Notes: generated from the sequence alone by a model not told the origin. Shown: positions 1 through 9,779, counted from the stretch's first letter. The stretch is DNA of 64,000 nt from Chitinophagaceae bacterium (GCA_044348985.1 JBIKRV010000016.1:5725-69724), one strand, 5' to 3'. Program-made: numbers and translations.

Positions 1-19
1 TTGAACGGATTAAATAGAT

Positions 20-72
20 GAACACAGATTTTTTATCAGTGTAAATCCGCTTAATCTGTGTGATCTGTGTTC
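20..72. repeat. CACAGA/TCTGTG-type imperfect palindromic intergenic element
   Basis: gaacacagat (20-29) pairs with atctgtgttc (63-72), with an inner cggatt/aatccg pairing. Same motif family as 733-810, 7279-7360, 56096-56171 and 57524-57600. Confidence 0.6.
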
Positions 73-87
73 CATCAAATAAAAGCC

Positions 88-732
88 ATGCAACATTCAT
101 TTACAAATAGTGATTCAATACGTCCTTCATTATTTAAAGATGGAAAGCTGAACATCAATGAGTATTTATTAATTGTACAACCACATGAAGATTTGTATAA
201 CAAGATGATGCACATTAAACAGTCGTTTGCTCAAAAATATGATTGCCCATTAGCTGCATACACAAAGCCACATATTACACTCATCAATTTTGTACAATGG
301 GAAATGCAGGAGCCAAAGTTAATACATCAATTAAACAGTGCAATTGCAGTCAACCATCCTTTTTTAGTAACTATAAACGGATTTGGCAGTTTCCCAACAC
401 ATACCATTTATGCCAATATTCAAACCAAAAACAATTTGGTGCATTTGGTAAAATCGCTGAAAACCATTCAACGTATTTTAACCCTTGATAATAAAAACAA
501 ACCTCATTTTATTACCGAGCCACATTTAACCATTGCAAGAAAACTATTGCCTTGGCAATATGAAAAAGCCTGGTTGGAGTATAGCAATACGCCATTAACA
601 GCAAGCTTTATGGTAAATGAATTGGTGTTACTGAAAAGACAAGTAGATACGAAAAAATATACCGTACTAACCAGCTTTCCATTGCTTAGTAAAACTGACA
701 TAAGTGTACAAACAGCACTTTTATTTAATTAA
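88..732 (+). CDS. 2H phosphoesterase superfamily protein (LigT / 2'-5' RNA ligase-like)
   Basis: Two H-x-T-x motifs (KPHITLINF and EPHLTIARK). The track ORF 67..732 begins at a GTG inside the upstream palindrome; the first ATG is at 88. Confidence 0.75.
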   Translation: MQHSFTNSDSIRPSLFKDGKLNINEYLLIVQPHEDLYNKMMHIKQSFAQKYDCPLAAYTKPHITLINFVQWEMQEPKLIHQLNSAIAVNHPFLVTINGFGSFPTHTIYANIQTKNNLVHLVKSLKTIQRILTLDNKNKPHFITEPHLTIARKLLPWQYEKAWLEYSNTPLTASFMVNELVLLKRQVDTKKYTVLTSFPLLSKTDISVQTALLFN

Positions 733-810
733 CCACAGTATTAAATGAGTAGAGCACAGAGTTGTACAGAACTCAATATTACTCTGTGATAACCTCTGCG
801 TTACTCTTTG
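733..810. repeat. CACAGAG/CTCTGTG-type palindromic intergenic element
   Basis: cacagagt (755-762) is the reverse complement of actctgtg (781-788), followed by a ctctgcg tail. Confidence 0.6.
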
Positions 811-825
811 GTTTAAAATGCTTAG

Positions 826-1932
826 ATGAAAAATATCAACGATAATCCCAACGCCAAACCCAAACCTTCATCATCCAATGAGGTGGACTATTTAAAAGGT
901 CGTGGAGCACAAATCAATACTCCCAATAAATTTCTAAAAAATCAAACAGTAAAAGAACATGTAGAAGCAATTGATGATTGGACAGAAAAAAATACCGCCA
1001 CCATTTACTTAGAAGACAAAGCCAAAAGCATTGTAAATAAAGTCGATAGTCCCGATGTTGGTATGTGGTACAGCATGAATCCATACCAAGGTTGTGAGCA
1101 TGGTTGTATTTATTGTTATGCCCGAAATGCCCATGAATACTGGGGTTACAGTGCAGGGTTGGATTTTGAACGCAAAATTATTGTAAAGAAAAATGCACCT
1201 GAATTACTGCGTAAGTTTTTAATGAACAAAAACTGGCAGTGTATGCCCATCAGCTTAAGTGGTAATACAGATTGTTATCAGCCGGCTGAACAAAAATTTA
1301 AACTTACCAGGCAGTTGTTAGAAGTATGCAACGAGTTTAATCAACCCGTAGGCATGATTACTAAAAATGCAGGCATGTTGAGAGATAAAGATTTACTACA
1401 AGAAATGGCCAGGAAAAATCTCATTAGTATTTTGGTAAGCATTACAAGTTTTAACGAAGACTTACGTCGTGTGATGGAGCCACGAACCACCACAGCAGCC
1501 CAACGTTTACGCATTATACATGAATTGAGCAACGCAGGTGTACGCATGGGTGTAATGTTAGGACCCATGATACCCGGTTTAAATGAACATGAAATGCAAC
1601 GCATTATGAAAGCCGCAGCCGATAATGGTGCAACCTTTAGTGCCTATACTTTTATACGATTGAATGGTGTCATTAAACTCATGTTTCATGATTGGTTGTA
1701 CAAAAATTTTTCCGACCGTGCCGATAAAGTTTGGCATTTAATAGAAAACGCACATGGTGGTAAAGTAAACGATAGCCGTTATGGCATTCGAATGCGTGGT
1801 GAAGGCCCTATCAGCGATTTGGTACGTCAGCAGTTTGTTAAATACAATAAACTCTACGGTCTCAATGCTGAACGTTGGGGATTGGATACTACACAATTTA
1901 GAAGGCCTGGCGAACAAGGGAAATTGTTTTAA
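826..1932 (+). CDS. radical SAM protein (PA0069/SplB-like family)
   Basis: CxxxCxxC cluster motif CEHGCIYCY and an N-terminal GRGAQINTPNKF motif. 368 aa. Confidence 0.8.
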   Translation: MKNINDNPNAKPKPSSSNEVDYLKGRGAQINTPNKFLKNQTVKEHVEAIDDWTEKNTATIYLEDKAKSIVNKVDSPDVGMWYSMNPYQGCEHGCIYCYARNAHEYWGYSAGLDFERKIIVKKNAPELLRKFLMNKNWQCMPISLSGNTDCYQPAEQKFKLTRQLLEVCNEFNQPVGMITKNAGMLRDKDLLQEMARKNLISILVSITSFNEDLRRVMEPRTTTAAQRLRIIHELSNAGVRMGVMLGPMIPGLNEHEMQRIMKAAADNGATFSAYTFIRLNGVIKLMFHDWLYKNFSDRADKVWHLIENAHGGKVNDSRYGIRMRGEGPISDLVRQQFVKYNKLYGLNAERWGLDTTQFRRPGEQGKLF

Positions 1933-1993
1933 CATAAGAAAAAATGTTATAAAACGGGCTGTAGTATTTCAATGAAACATTTATATCATTGCA

Positions 1994-2054
1994 CAGCCAA
2001 TAGCTATCGGCTGTGGGATACTTCAGCTTCGTTCAGTACAGGGCTGTATCACAA
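1994..2054 (+). repeat. ~60-nt interspersed repeat with AGCCnATAnCTATCGGCT palindrome, copy 1
   Basis: About 80% identical by eye to 52576-52632 in the same orientation (cagccaatagctatcggctgtgggatacttc...tcagtacaggg). Confidence 0.7.
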
Positions 2055-2062
2055 CTTAATAT

Positions 2063-3292
2063 TTATTCTTCAGCTTGTTTCCCAATAAATTCTTTTGGGT
2101 TTTTACCAGTTAACTTTTTAAATGCCCTGTTAAAAGTGGCTTTGCTGTTAAAGCCTGCATCATAGGCAATGCTCATAATGGTGAGGTTTGCATTGGCTGT
2201 ATCCTGCAGTTTTTGTTTTACCTCTTCAATCCTGTAAAAATTAATAAAGTCGTTAAAGTTCATAGCAAAACTTTGGTTAATGACTTTAGATAAAAAAGAA
2301 GGATTGGTGTTTAAATCTTTTGCCAGATCCGTTAAGGTTAATTCAGGGTTTTGATATTTTTTTTGATGTACCACTGCATCCAATACTTTTTCTTTCCAAA
2401 TACTATTTATTGACGCTTGTTCTTCTTTAGGCAACTCAATAACAGTTACATCTTCATAATTGATATCTTCTGTAGTTGTGGCTTGTGGTGCTGCCAATTG
2501 TAAAGGCAATTGGTATTTTAAAAAATCGAGCTCGTACTTTATTTTGGTTTCAATAGAATTGCTGTAACCTGTAATAGCAATATAATAAAAGAGTAAGGCA
2601 AATAATAAATAATACCACCACTCTTCTTGATAATTTAAACCTTCGCCCAATAAGTTTAACAAGCCCAATACCAATGATGAGAAAAAGTAAATAAAATAGG
2701 CAATCAAAAAATTACGTACCCATTTAAAGGTAACTGTATCAGCAAAAGACAATTCCTGCACAATAAATTTTCGGTAATTGTTGTAATAACGCAAACACAA
2801 AATGAGGTACACCAAAATGCTCACCAAACCAGCAGCAATGTACCATGTTTGAAAGTCAGGATCGTTGTCTCCGTCCATTAAAAAATATTGTTTCAAAACA
2901 ATTCTATCCGTTACAGCAACAACGATATTCCACACAATAAAAGCCAATCCTGGTGCTAAATGCAGCCATTGTTTTTTGGTAAATTGAAATGTTGGATTTA
3001 ATAAACTCTGCACATAAAAAAAGATAACTGGCCCAATTAATAACGTGTGATGAAAAGGCATATAGAACAAAAAATTTCTACATTCTAAACAAAGTTTACC
3101 ATCGTACCAACCTGCAAAACCCAACATCCATGGGCATATATAAAATATGGAGAGTAATAAAAACAAGCTTAACCATTTATCGCTGCTTCGTTCGTGTTGT
3201 ATGCCTTTACGCAATAGTAAAAAAGCATACACCAAGCCGTGTACAAAAAATATAAGCAGTAAACCACTGAATCGGTTAAAATGAAATGGCAT
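2063..3292 (-). CDS. membrane-anchored AraC family transcriptional regulator
   Basis: Multiple hydrophobic N-terminal helices and a C-terminal AraC HTH (IAYDAGFNSKATFNRAFKKLTGKNPKEF). Confidence 0.85.
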   Translation of the reverse strand: MPFHFNRFSGLLLIFFVHGLVYAFLLLRKGIQHERSSDKWLSLFLLLSIFYICPWMLGFAGWYDGKLCLECRNFLFYMPFHHTLLIGPVIFFYVQSLLNPTFQFTKKQWLHLAPGLAFIVWNIVVAVTDRIVLKQYFLMDGDNDPDFQTWYIAAGLVSILVYLILCLRYYNNYRKFIVQELSFADTVTFKWVRNFLIAYFIYFFSSLVLGLLNLLGEGLNYQEEWWYYLLFALLFYYIAITGYSNSIETKIKYELDFLKYQLPLQLAAPQATTTEDINYEDVTVIELPKEEQASINSIWKEKVLDAVVHQKKYQNPELTLTDLAKDLNTNPSFLSKVINQSFAMNFNDFINFYRIEEVKQKLQDTANANLTIMSIAYDAGFNSKATFNRAFKKLTGKNPKEFIGKQAEE

Positions 3293-3346
3293 AAGTTGAA
3301 GATAACAGAAAAAAGGATAAAATGTTTGATTGGAATATCTTCAAAA

Positions 3347-3427
3347 GAGGTCTGCTCTGGCAGAGCAGACCTCTTTATAGGGATTATCTCCAAGAGTGGT
3401 CTGCTTTTTAAAAAGCAGACCACTCTT
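3347..3427 (+). repeat. REP-like composite element (two hairpins), left of RAYT gene
   Basis: Hairpin 1 at 3347-3373 (gaggtctgctctg g cagagcagacctc). Hairpin 2 at 3392-3427 is a perfect 18+18 palindrome. Collinear with 4168-4246. Confidence 0.85.
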
Positions 3428-3448
3428 GGAAAAACCACTCTATGAAAA

Positions 3449-4123
3449 TTATTCGTCATCATCTGCTAATTCATGAGCATAATAATATTCTACTTGTTCA
3501 ATGTGTGTCTTCATAAATGCTTCTTTACCACCAAACCAATCTAATACAAACGCCCTTTGAATATTGGTTGACTGATTAGATATAACAGCTTGATAAGAAC
3601 TCCATTTATAAGTTTGAAAATGATTGTGTATTTTATGCTTCAATACATTGGCATGAACATATACAATAAGTCTTGTTAGATGCAATGCAGTATCAACTAT
3701 ACATCTTCGAAACGGGCTATTGAATAAATTTCCTTCCCGATTAAAAAATGTATTAAAGGCTTTTGTATAAGACGTAAACAACGAGTTGAATTGTCTTTCA
3801 ATTAATTTTTCTATTTCTAATTTTTTATCAGTAGCGTCCAAAAATTGTTCCTGCACTTTGGTTCTTTCATCATATGTAAGTGCTTGTAAATATTGGGTAA
3901 TTGCTTGTACAGATTTTATTTGAATAACAAAATGTACATGATTGGGTAATAAAGTCCAAACAAGTGTTTCAGCAAAGGGTGAAATATATTTTTGAAATTT
4001 ATTGAGGAAGAAAATTCTATTCTCATCTGTTCTAAACAATAACTCTTTATTGTTGGTACGTGCAGTAATATGATAAATAAATTCTGCTTCGAAGCTTGCT
4101 TGATATTTAGCATTAATAGGCAT
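3449..4123 (-). CDS. IS200/Y1-type HUH transposase-like protein (REP-associated tyrosine transposase, RAYT-like)
   Basis: HUH motif in LLPNHVHFVIQ. C-terminal YVHANVLKHKI...YKWSSYQ resembles the RAYT YIHxNPV...W.SSY pattern. Flanked by REP-like hairpins. Confidence 0.75.
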   Translation of the reverse strand: MPINAKYQASFEAEFIYHITARTNNKELLFRTDENRIFFLNKFQKYISPFAETLVWTLLPNHVHFVIQIKSVQAITQYLQALTYDERTKVQEQFLDATDKKLEIEKLIERQFNSLFTSYTKAFNTFFNREGNLFNSPFRRCIVDTALHLTRLIVYVHANVLKHKIHNHFQTYKWSSYQAVISNQSTNIQRAFVLDWFGGKEAFMKTHIEQVEYYYAHELADDDE

Positions 4124-4167
4124 AGATACAAGTATTATGCATTAAAGATAATATATCTATATATAAA

Positions 4168-4246
4168 GCGGTCTTCTCTGGCAGAGAAGACCGCTTTATG
4201 GGGATTATCTTCAAGAGTGGTCTGCTTTTACAAAGCAGACCACTCT
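4168..4246 (+). repeat. REP-like composite element (two hairpins), right of RAYT gene / downstream of leuS
   Basis: Hairpin 1 at 4168-4194 (gcggtcttctctg g cagagaagaccgc) and hairpin 2 at 4214-4246. Differences from the left copy are compensatory within the stems. Confidence 0.85.
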
Positions 4247-4252
4247 ATATAA

Positions 4253-7135
4253 TTATATCACCACATTAATCATCTTATTCTTCACAAAAATGATTTTCTT
4301 AGGTGGATTTCCTTCTAACCATTTTTGTACAATTTCATTGGCTAAAACAACAGGTTCAACATCTGCTTGTACAGCATCTATTGGAAACGTAAGTGTAGTA
4401 CGCATTTTACCATTAATACTTACCGGATATTCTTTACTGCTTTCTGTTGTATAGCTTGCATTGTACACAGGATAAGCAGCATCTAAAATAGAATTTGTAT
4501 TACCCAATGTTGACCATAATTCTTCTGCAATATGTGGAGCATAAGGCGTTAATAAAATGAGCACTTGTTCTAAAATGGCTTTCTTATTACATTTTAAATC
4601 TGCCAAATCGTTTACACAAACCATGAATGCAGAAACTGCTGTGTTGTAAGAAAAACGTTCGGTGTCTTCATCAATTTTTTTGATGGTTTTGTGCAACACT
4701 TTTAATTCTTCAGCAGTTGGTGTGTCGTTGTTCCAAATGGGTTTGCCTTCTACAGGTTGACCATTGTTGTAAGTGGTATCGCTGTAAAACAAACGCCATA
4801 ATTTTTTCAAGAAACGGTGTACCCCTTCAATACCTTTAGTATCCCAGGGTTTACTTTGCTCCACAGGACCTAAGAACATTTCATACATACGGAATGTGTC
4901 TGCTCCATATTGTTCACACAGTTCATCTGGATTAACTGTGTTGTATTTAGATTTGGACATTTTTTCTACTTCACCAGATGCAAGGAAGTCTACTTTGTCC
5001 GTTACATAAATCGCTTGTTTAAAAAAATCTCTCCATTTCTTTATTTCACTTATATTAACCGCATACCCATCTACAGCTTGAACAATAATTCTCACTGGTA
5101 TAGGTCCTGATTGATACTCAATTTCTATGTTTGAGTGTTCGGAATTGGGAAAAGCATCTAAAATATTTGAATCAAAATAGTTTTTATTAGATAAAAACTT
5201 GTTACGTAAATGTTCAGATAAAAAAACACTTTTCAAAACCCAAGGAGTTTTAGTTTTATCAACAACATTTGCAATTAAATATATAAACCTACTACTTCCC
5301 TGTATCATCCCTTGATTCAACAGCTTCTTAAATGGTTCATCAAAACCAATATAACCTAAGTCGTACAATACTTTCGTCCACATACGGCTGTACAATAAAT
5401 GTCCAACAGCATGTTCCGTACCACCAATGTATAAATCAACACTGTTCCAGTAATCACTCACTTTTCTATCAACAAATGCTGCTGTATTATTGGGATCCAT
5501 GTAACGCAAAAAATACCAGGACGAACCTGCGTAACCAGGCATGGTAGATGTTTCTCTTCTGCCTTCAGGTGTGTTTACCCAATCAGTAATATTGGCCAAT
5601 GGGCCTTCACCTTCTGGGCCTGGGCCATATTTTTCTACATGTGGTAATTCTAACGGTAATTGGTTTACATCAAGTGCAGTAGGCACACCATCTTTATCCC
5701 AAATTATTGGGAAAGGTTCACCCCAATAACGTTGGCGACTAAAGCCTGCATCTCTCATTTTAAAATTCACCTTACGCTTGCCAATTCCCATTGCTTCAAT
5801 CTTATCATTGGCAACACCAATGGCATCTTTCATCAACAATCCATTTAAAAAACCACTGTTTTCTAGTATTGCTTCTTTGGTTGGATTGGCTTCCTTTCCA
5901 TTAAAATGTGCACCAATAATATTGGTAACAGGAATATTAAAATGTTGAGCAAATCTAAAATCACGTTCATCGCCACAAGGCACAGCCATAATTGCCCCTG
6001 TACCATAACCTGCTAATACATATTCAGCAATCCAAATAGGAATTTCTACACCATTAAAAGGATTAATGGCATAAGCACCTGTAAAACAACCTGATACTTG
6101 CTTTACGTCGGCCTGTCTTTCTCTGTCACTTCTGCTTTTTACATACGTCATGTAATCTTCAACAGCAGCAGCTTGTTCAGGAGATTTTATTTCATTAACC
6201 AAATCCAGCTCAGGAGCCAACACCATAAAGTCAACACCAAAAATGGTATCAGGACGAGTAGTATAAACCTTTAATTTTTTATCAGAACCTTTAATAGCAA
6301 ACTCTACTTCAGCACCTTCACTTCTGCCAATCCAGTTGCGTTGCATTTCTTTCATGCTTTCGCTAAAGTCCACTGTTTCTAAGCCTTGCAGCAATCTATC
6401 GGCATAAGCTGTGATGCGTAAATACCATTGCCTCATTTTCTTTTTCACCACAGGGTGACCACCTCTTTCACTTACACCATTTACCACTTCATCATTGGCC
6501 AATACTGTTCCCAATGCTTCACACCAATTTACTTCTCCAAAAGAAGAGAAAGCCAAACGACGTTTCATGAGCCATTCTTCCTGCTCAGCTTTAGAAAAAC
6601 CATTCCATTGTTCAGCAGTAAAATGATTGCAACCTTTGGTAGCATATTTTTCAACCAACTCAGCAATAGGCCTTGCTTTTTGTTGAGTGTTACAGAAATA
6701 GCTGTTGTATAATTCTAAAAATATTTTCTGTGTCCACTTGTAATAATTGGGGTCGCTGGTTTGCACTTCACGTTCCCAATCGTAACAAAAACCAATTTTA
6801 TCTAACTGACTTTTAAACGTAGCAATATTCTTCTTAGTAGTTTCTGCAGGATGCTGACCAGTTTCAATAGCATATTGTTCAGCTGGTAAACCAAAACTGT
6901 CGAATCCCATAGGATGCAGCACATTAAAGCCTTTCAGGCGTTTGTACCTGCTGTAAATATCGCTGGCAATATAACCTAAAGGATGACCAACATGCAAACC
7001 TGCACCACTTGGATAAGGAAACATATCCAACACATAATACTTGGGCTTTGTAGATTCATTGGATACTTTATATACCTTATTTTCTTTCCACTTATTCTGC
7101 CACTTTTTTTCTATTTCTCTGAATTTGTAATCCAT
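4253..7135 (-). CDS. leuS: leucine--tRNA ligase
   Basis: 960 aa. HIGH-type motif (LHVGHPLGY), KMSKS motif present, and the class Ia LeuRS N-terminus MDYKFREIEKKWQ. Confidence 0.97.
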   Translation of the reverse strand: MDYKFREIEKKWQNKWKENKVYKVSNESTKPKYYVLDMFPYPSGAGLHVGHPLGYIASDIYSRYKRLKGFNVLHPMGFDSFGLPAEQYAIETGQHPAETTKKNIATFKSQLDKIGFCYDWEREVQTSDPNYYKWTQKIFLELYNSYFCNTQQKARPIAELVEKYATKGCNHFTAEQWNGFSKAEQEEWLMKRRLAFSSFGEVNWCEALGTVLANDEVVNGVSERGGHPVVKKKMRQWYLRITAYADRLLQGLETVDFSESMKEMQRNWIGRSEGAEVEFAIKGSDKKLKVYTTRPDTIFGVDFMVLAPELDLVNEIKSPEQAAAVEDYMTYVKSRSDRERQADVKQVSGCFTGAYAINPFNGVEIPIWIAEYVLAGYGTGAIMAVPCGDERDFRFAQHFNIPVTNIIGAHFNGKEANPTKEAILENSGFLNGLLMKDAIGVANDKIEAMGIGKRKVNFKMRDAGFSRQRYWGEPFPIIWDKDGVPTALDVNQLPLELPHVEKYGPGPEGEGPLANITDWVNTPEGRRETSTMPGYAGSSWYFLRYMDPNNTAAFVDRKVSDYWNSVDLYIGGTEHAVGHLLYSRMWTKVLYDLGYIGFDEPFKKLLNQGMIQGSSRFIYLIANVVDKTKTPWVLKSVFLSEHLRNKFLSNKNYFDSNILDAFPNSEHSNIEIEYQSGPIPVRIIVQAVDGYAVNISEIKKWRDFFKQAIYVTDKVDFLASGEVEKMSKSKYNTVNPDELCEQYGADTFRMYEMFLGPVEQSKPWDTKGIEGVHRFLKKLWRLFYSDTTYNNGQPVEGKPIWNNDTPTAEELKVLHKTIKKIDEDTERFSYNTAVSAFMVCVNDLADLKCNKKAILEQVLILLTPYAPHIAEELWSTLGNTNSILDAAYPVYNASYTTESSKEYPVSINGKMRTTLTFPIDAVQADVEPVVLANEIVQKWLEGNPPKKIIFVKNKMINVVI

Positions 7136-7278
7136 ATTTTAAATTGTCGAATGATCGAATTAATGAATGGTCGAATTTTTATTTTGTAACGAACTGTGGT
7201 ATTTCATGGCATCGCCTGTTGTGTCACTCACTTCAAGGGTCTGAACAATATTCATCTTTTATCGAAGCGTATTTTTTA

Positions 7279-7360
7279 CCACTAAGTTCACTAGGGTTTG
7301 CACAAGGAACACAAGGGTTTTATTGTGCACTTTGTGCTTCTTTTCTTTGTGTTCTTTGTG
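7279..7360. repeat. CACAAGG/CTTTGTG palindromic intergenic element (variant of CACAGAG family)
   Basis: cacaaggaacacaagg (7301-7316) pairs with ctttgtgttctttgtg (7345-7360) as an imperfect inverted repeat. Confidence 0.55.
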
Positions 7361-7403
7361 TTTTTAAAAAAAGCTCACCAAAGAACCAAACCTTGAATGG
7401 AGT

Positions 7404-7425
7404 CCTTCGACTAACGCTCAGGATA
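7404..7425 (+). repeat. CCTTCGAC..GCTCAGGAT short interspersed motif
   Basis: ccttcgactaacgctcaggata. Related copies lie at 55994-56013 (reverse strand) and 14262-14283. Confidence 0.5.
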
Positions 7426-7542
7426 AACTTGCCGTCAACAGTTGATTCTTGTACTGTAGCTGGTTACCAAAATTGCTTCTAACAAAACTTTAACCTGTAT
7501 AACGCAGCACAATGGCAATCTTTATGCACACCACACCGTTTA

Positions 7543-7575
7543 TTTGCAGCAAATGTAGGTGTTTGCCTACATTTG
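7543..7575 (+). promoter_or_regulatory. candidate Bacteroidetes sigma-A promoter for ftsX (TTTG -33, TAcaTTTG -7)
   Basis: TTTG at 7543-7546 and TACATTTG at 7568-7575 with a 21-nt spacer, about 30 nt upstream of the ftsX ATG. Overlaps the inverted repeat caaatgtagg/cctacatttg. Confidence 0.35.
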
Positions 7576-7605
7576 TTGGTGTTGTAAACCCTTTAAAATT
7601 AAAGT

Positions 7606-8481
7606 ATGTCAGCAGCTGGAAAAGCATCCTTAAAACGTGGTCAGCCAAACTACATTTATAGCATTATTGGTGTTGCACTGGTATTGTTTATGATGGGTAT
7701 TATGGGCTGGTTTTTCTTGAACAGTAAAGAAATTGCCACCAAGTTTAAAGAAGACATTCGTATTAATGTGTATTTGCGTACGCTGAATAAAGATACGATT
7801 GGACAAATTCAGCAGTTTATTGCCAAACAACCGTATGCTAAAGATGTACGTTACATTAACAAGGAAGAAGCCAAAAAATTGTGGAATAAAGAAAACAATG
7901 AAGATTGGGCTAAGATTTTAGATGTAAATCCATTGCCTGAAAGCATTGATTTTTATGCCAAGGCCGATTATGTAAACAACGACAGTTTGCAAGGCATTGT
8001 AAAAAGTATTACTTCGAATTATAGCAATCAAATTACCGAAGTAAATTATCCGCCAGTATTGGTAAGTAGCTTAGATGCCAAAGCCAAACAAATTGGTTTA
8101 ATATTTTTGGTAATTGCCATTATACTTTGTGTGATTGTAATTTTTAGTATCGATAATACCATTCGTTTAGCCATGTTTAGCAATCGTTTTTTAATTAAAA
8201 CCATGCAAATGGTGGGTGCAACACGTGGTTTTATTTCGAAACCTATGAATATTAGGGCTGTGGTAAATGGTTTGATCAGTGGTGGTATTGCAGTTGCCTT
8301 GTTGTTTATTTTAATTGGTTGGGCCGAAAATCATTTTCCTGAATTGAAACAAATACGTGATACCAAACTGACCTTAACCCTTTTTGGTGGTATGATTGTG
8401 ATTGGTGTTTTAATAAGCCTGTACAGCACCCACAGAAGTGTGTTAAAGTATTTGAAAATGAAACTGGATGATTTGTACTAG
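7606..8481 (+). CDS. ftsX: cell division protein FtsX-like permease
   Basis: 291 aa. N-terminal TM, periplasmic domain and three C-terminal TM helices of FtsX type. Conserved ftsX-DUF3098-uppP neighbourhood. Confidence 0.85.
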   Translation: MSAAGKASLKRGQPNYIYSIIGVALVLFMMGIMGWFFLNSKEIATKFKEDIRINVYLRTLNKDTIGQIQQFIAKQPYAKDVRYINKEEAKKLWNKENNEDWAKILDVNPLPESIDFYAKADYVNNDSLQGIVKSITSNYSNQITEVNYPPVLVSSLDAKAKQIGLIFLVIAIILCVIVIFSIDNTIRLAMFSNRFLIKTMQMVGATRGFISKPMNIRAVVNGLISGGIAVALLFILIGWAENHFPELKQIRDTKLTLTLFGGMIVIGVLISLYSTHRSVLKYLKMKLDDLY

Positions 8482-8586
8482 TCTGGTCGACAGACAATAG
8501 TCAACAGTTAATACAAATCAAAAAACTATGGACTATCGACCATTGACTATTCACTTTTCCCTATATTGCAACTCTTAATTAATTGT

Positions 8587-8835
8587 ATGAGCGATAAAAA
8601 CAAACAAACAGAAAGCCTTTTTAATAAAGACAATTATTTGTGGATGGGTATTGGTGCTGTAATAATTGTTATTGGTATGTTTTTAATGAGTGGTGGCAAA
8701 AACGAAGACCCTAAAGTGTACGATTATAACCAAGTGTATGGTTTTACTAGGGTTACAGTAGCTCCAATCTTAATTTTATTGGGTTTTGCGGTGGAAATTT
8801 TTGCGATTTTCAAGAAATCGAAAAGTGCTGAATAA
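8587..8835 (+). CDS. DUF3098-like small membrane protein
   Basis: Two TM helices (NYLWMGIGAVIIVIGMFLMSGG and VAPILILLGFAVEIFAIF). First ATG at 8587; the track ORF starts at a TTG at 8566. Confidence 0.7.
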   Translation: MSDKNKQTESLFNKDNYLWMGIGAVIIVIGMFLMSGGKNEDPKVYDYNQVYGFTRVTVAPILILLGFAVEIFAIFKKSKSAE

Positions 8836-8863
8836 GTATATTTTCAGTTCAAATTAATACAAA

Positions 8864-8888
8864 AGCGATGAGGGTCATCGCTTTTTTT
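8864..8888 (+). terminator. rho-independent terminator
   Basis: Stem agcgatga / tcatcgct with a ggg loop, followed by a T-run. Confidence 0.65.
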
Positions 8889-8917
8889 GTTTCTTTACGC
8901 ATCTCAACCAACCCAAT

Positions 8918-9715
8918 ATGAATACCATTCAATCTATTATTATTGCTATTGTAGAAGGCTTAACAGAGTTTTTACCTGTATCATCAACAGGCCACATGAT
9001 TATTACCAGCTCTTTAATGGGCATTGGTAAAGATGATTTTACAAAATTGTTTGAAGTAGCCATTCAATTAGGAGCCATACTTTCTGTAGTGGTTTTATAC
9101 TGGAAAAAATTCTTCGATTTCAGCAAATGGCAATTTTATATAAAGTTGATGGTTGCTGTAATTCCTGCATTGGTATTGGGCAAATTATTATCCGATAAAA
9201 TTGATGATTTATTGGAAAGTCCAACCACTGTTGCAGTAAGTTTACTAGTTGGTGGAATTATTTTATTGTTTATAGATAAGCTGTTTAAAAAGCCTGTAAT
9301 TCAGGAAGAGAAAGAGATCAGTTATGTCAAAGCTTTAATCATTGGTTTTTGGCAATGTATTGCAATGGTGCCTGGCGTTAGTCGTAGTGCAGCCAGCATT
9401 ATTGGTGGAATGCAACAAAAGCTTACCAGAAATTTAGCTGCTGAATTTTCTTTCTTTTTAGCTGTACCAACCATGGCAGCTGCAACTGGTTATAAATTAT
9501 TGAAAACGTATAAAGAACATCCAGAAGTATTACAAAACAAACAAAACTTACTGTTATTAGGTATTGGAAATGTGGTGGCCTTTGTAGTAGCATTATTGGC
9601 CATTAAATTCTTTATTGGCTTTTTACAAAAACACGGTTTTAGGTTATTTGGTTGGTATAGAATTATAATTGGCATTGCATTACTGGCTTTAATTTATGCC
9701 GACTATTTAAAATAA
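8918..9715 (+). CDS. uppP: undecaprenyl-diphosphate phosphatase
   Basis: BacA/UppP hallmarks: [17 protein letters not shown] near the N-terminus and a polytopic 265-aa protein. Confidence 0.93.
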   Translation: MNTIQSIIIAIVEGLTEFLPVSSTGHMIITSSLMGIGKDDFTKLFEVAIQLGAILSVVVLYWKKFFDFSKWQFYIKLMVAVIPALVLGKLLSDKIDDLLESPTTVAVSLLVGGIILLFIDKLFKKPVIQEEKEISYVKALIIGFWQCIAMVPGVSRSAASIIGGMQQKLTRNLAAEFSFFLAVPTMAAATGYKLLKTYKEHPEVLQNKQNLLLLGIGNVVAFVVALLAIKFFIGFLQKHGFRLFGWYRIIIGIALLALIYADYLK

Positions 9716-9779
9716 ATACCCAACAGCCGCTATTGCATTTGTACAAGAAAAGTATTCTCTTTATAATAAAATCAATTTT

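Noticed and set aside
7144-7482. 112-aa ORF in the leuS-ftsX intergenic region
   Set aside because: It runs through palindromic repeat elements (7279-7360, 7404-7425). Its composition is low-complexity and Cys/Leu-rich, typical of translated repeats, and it has no recognisable motif. I treat it as non-coding.
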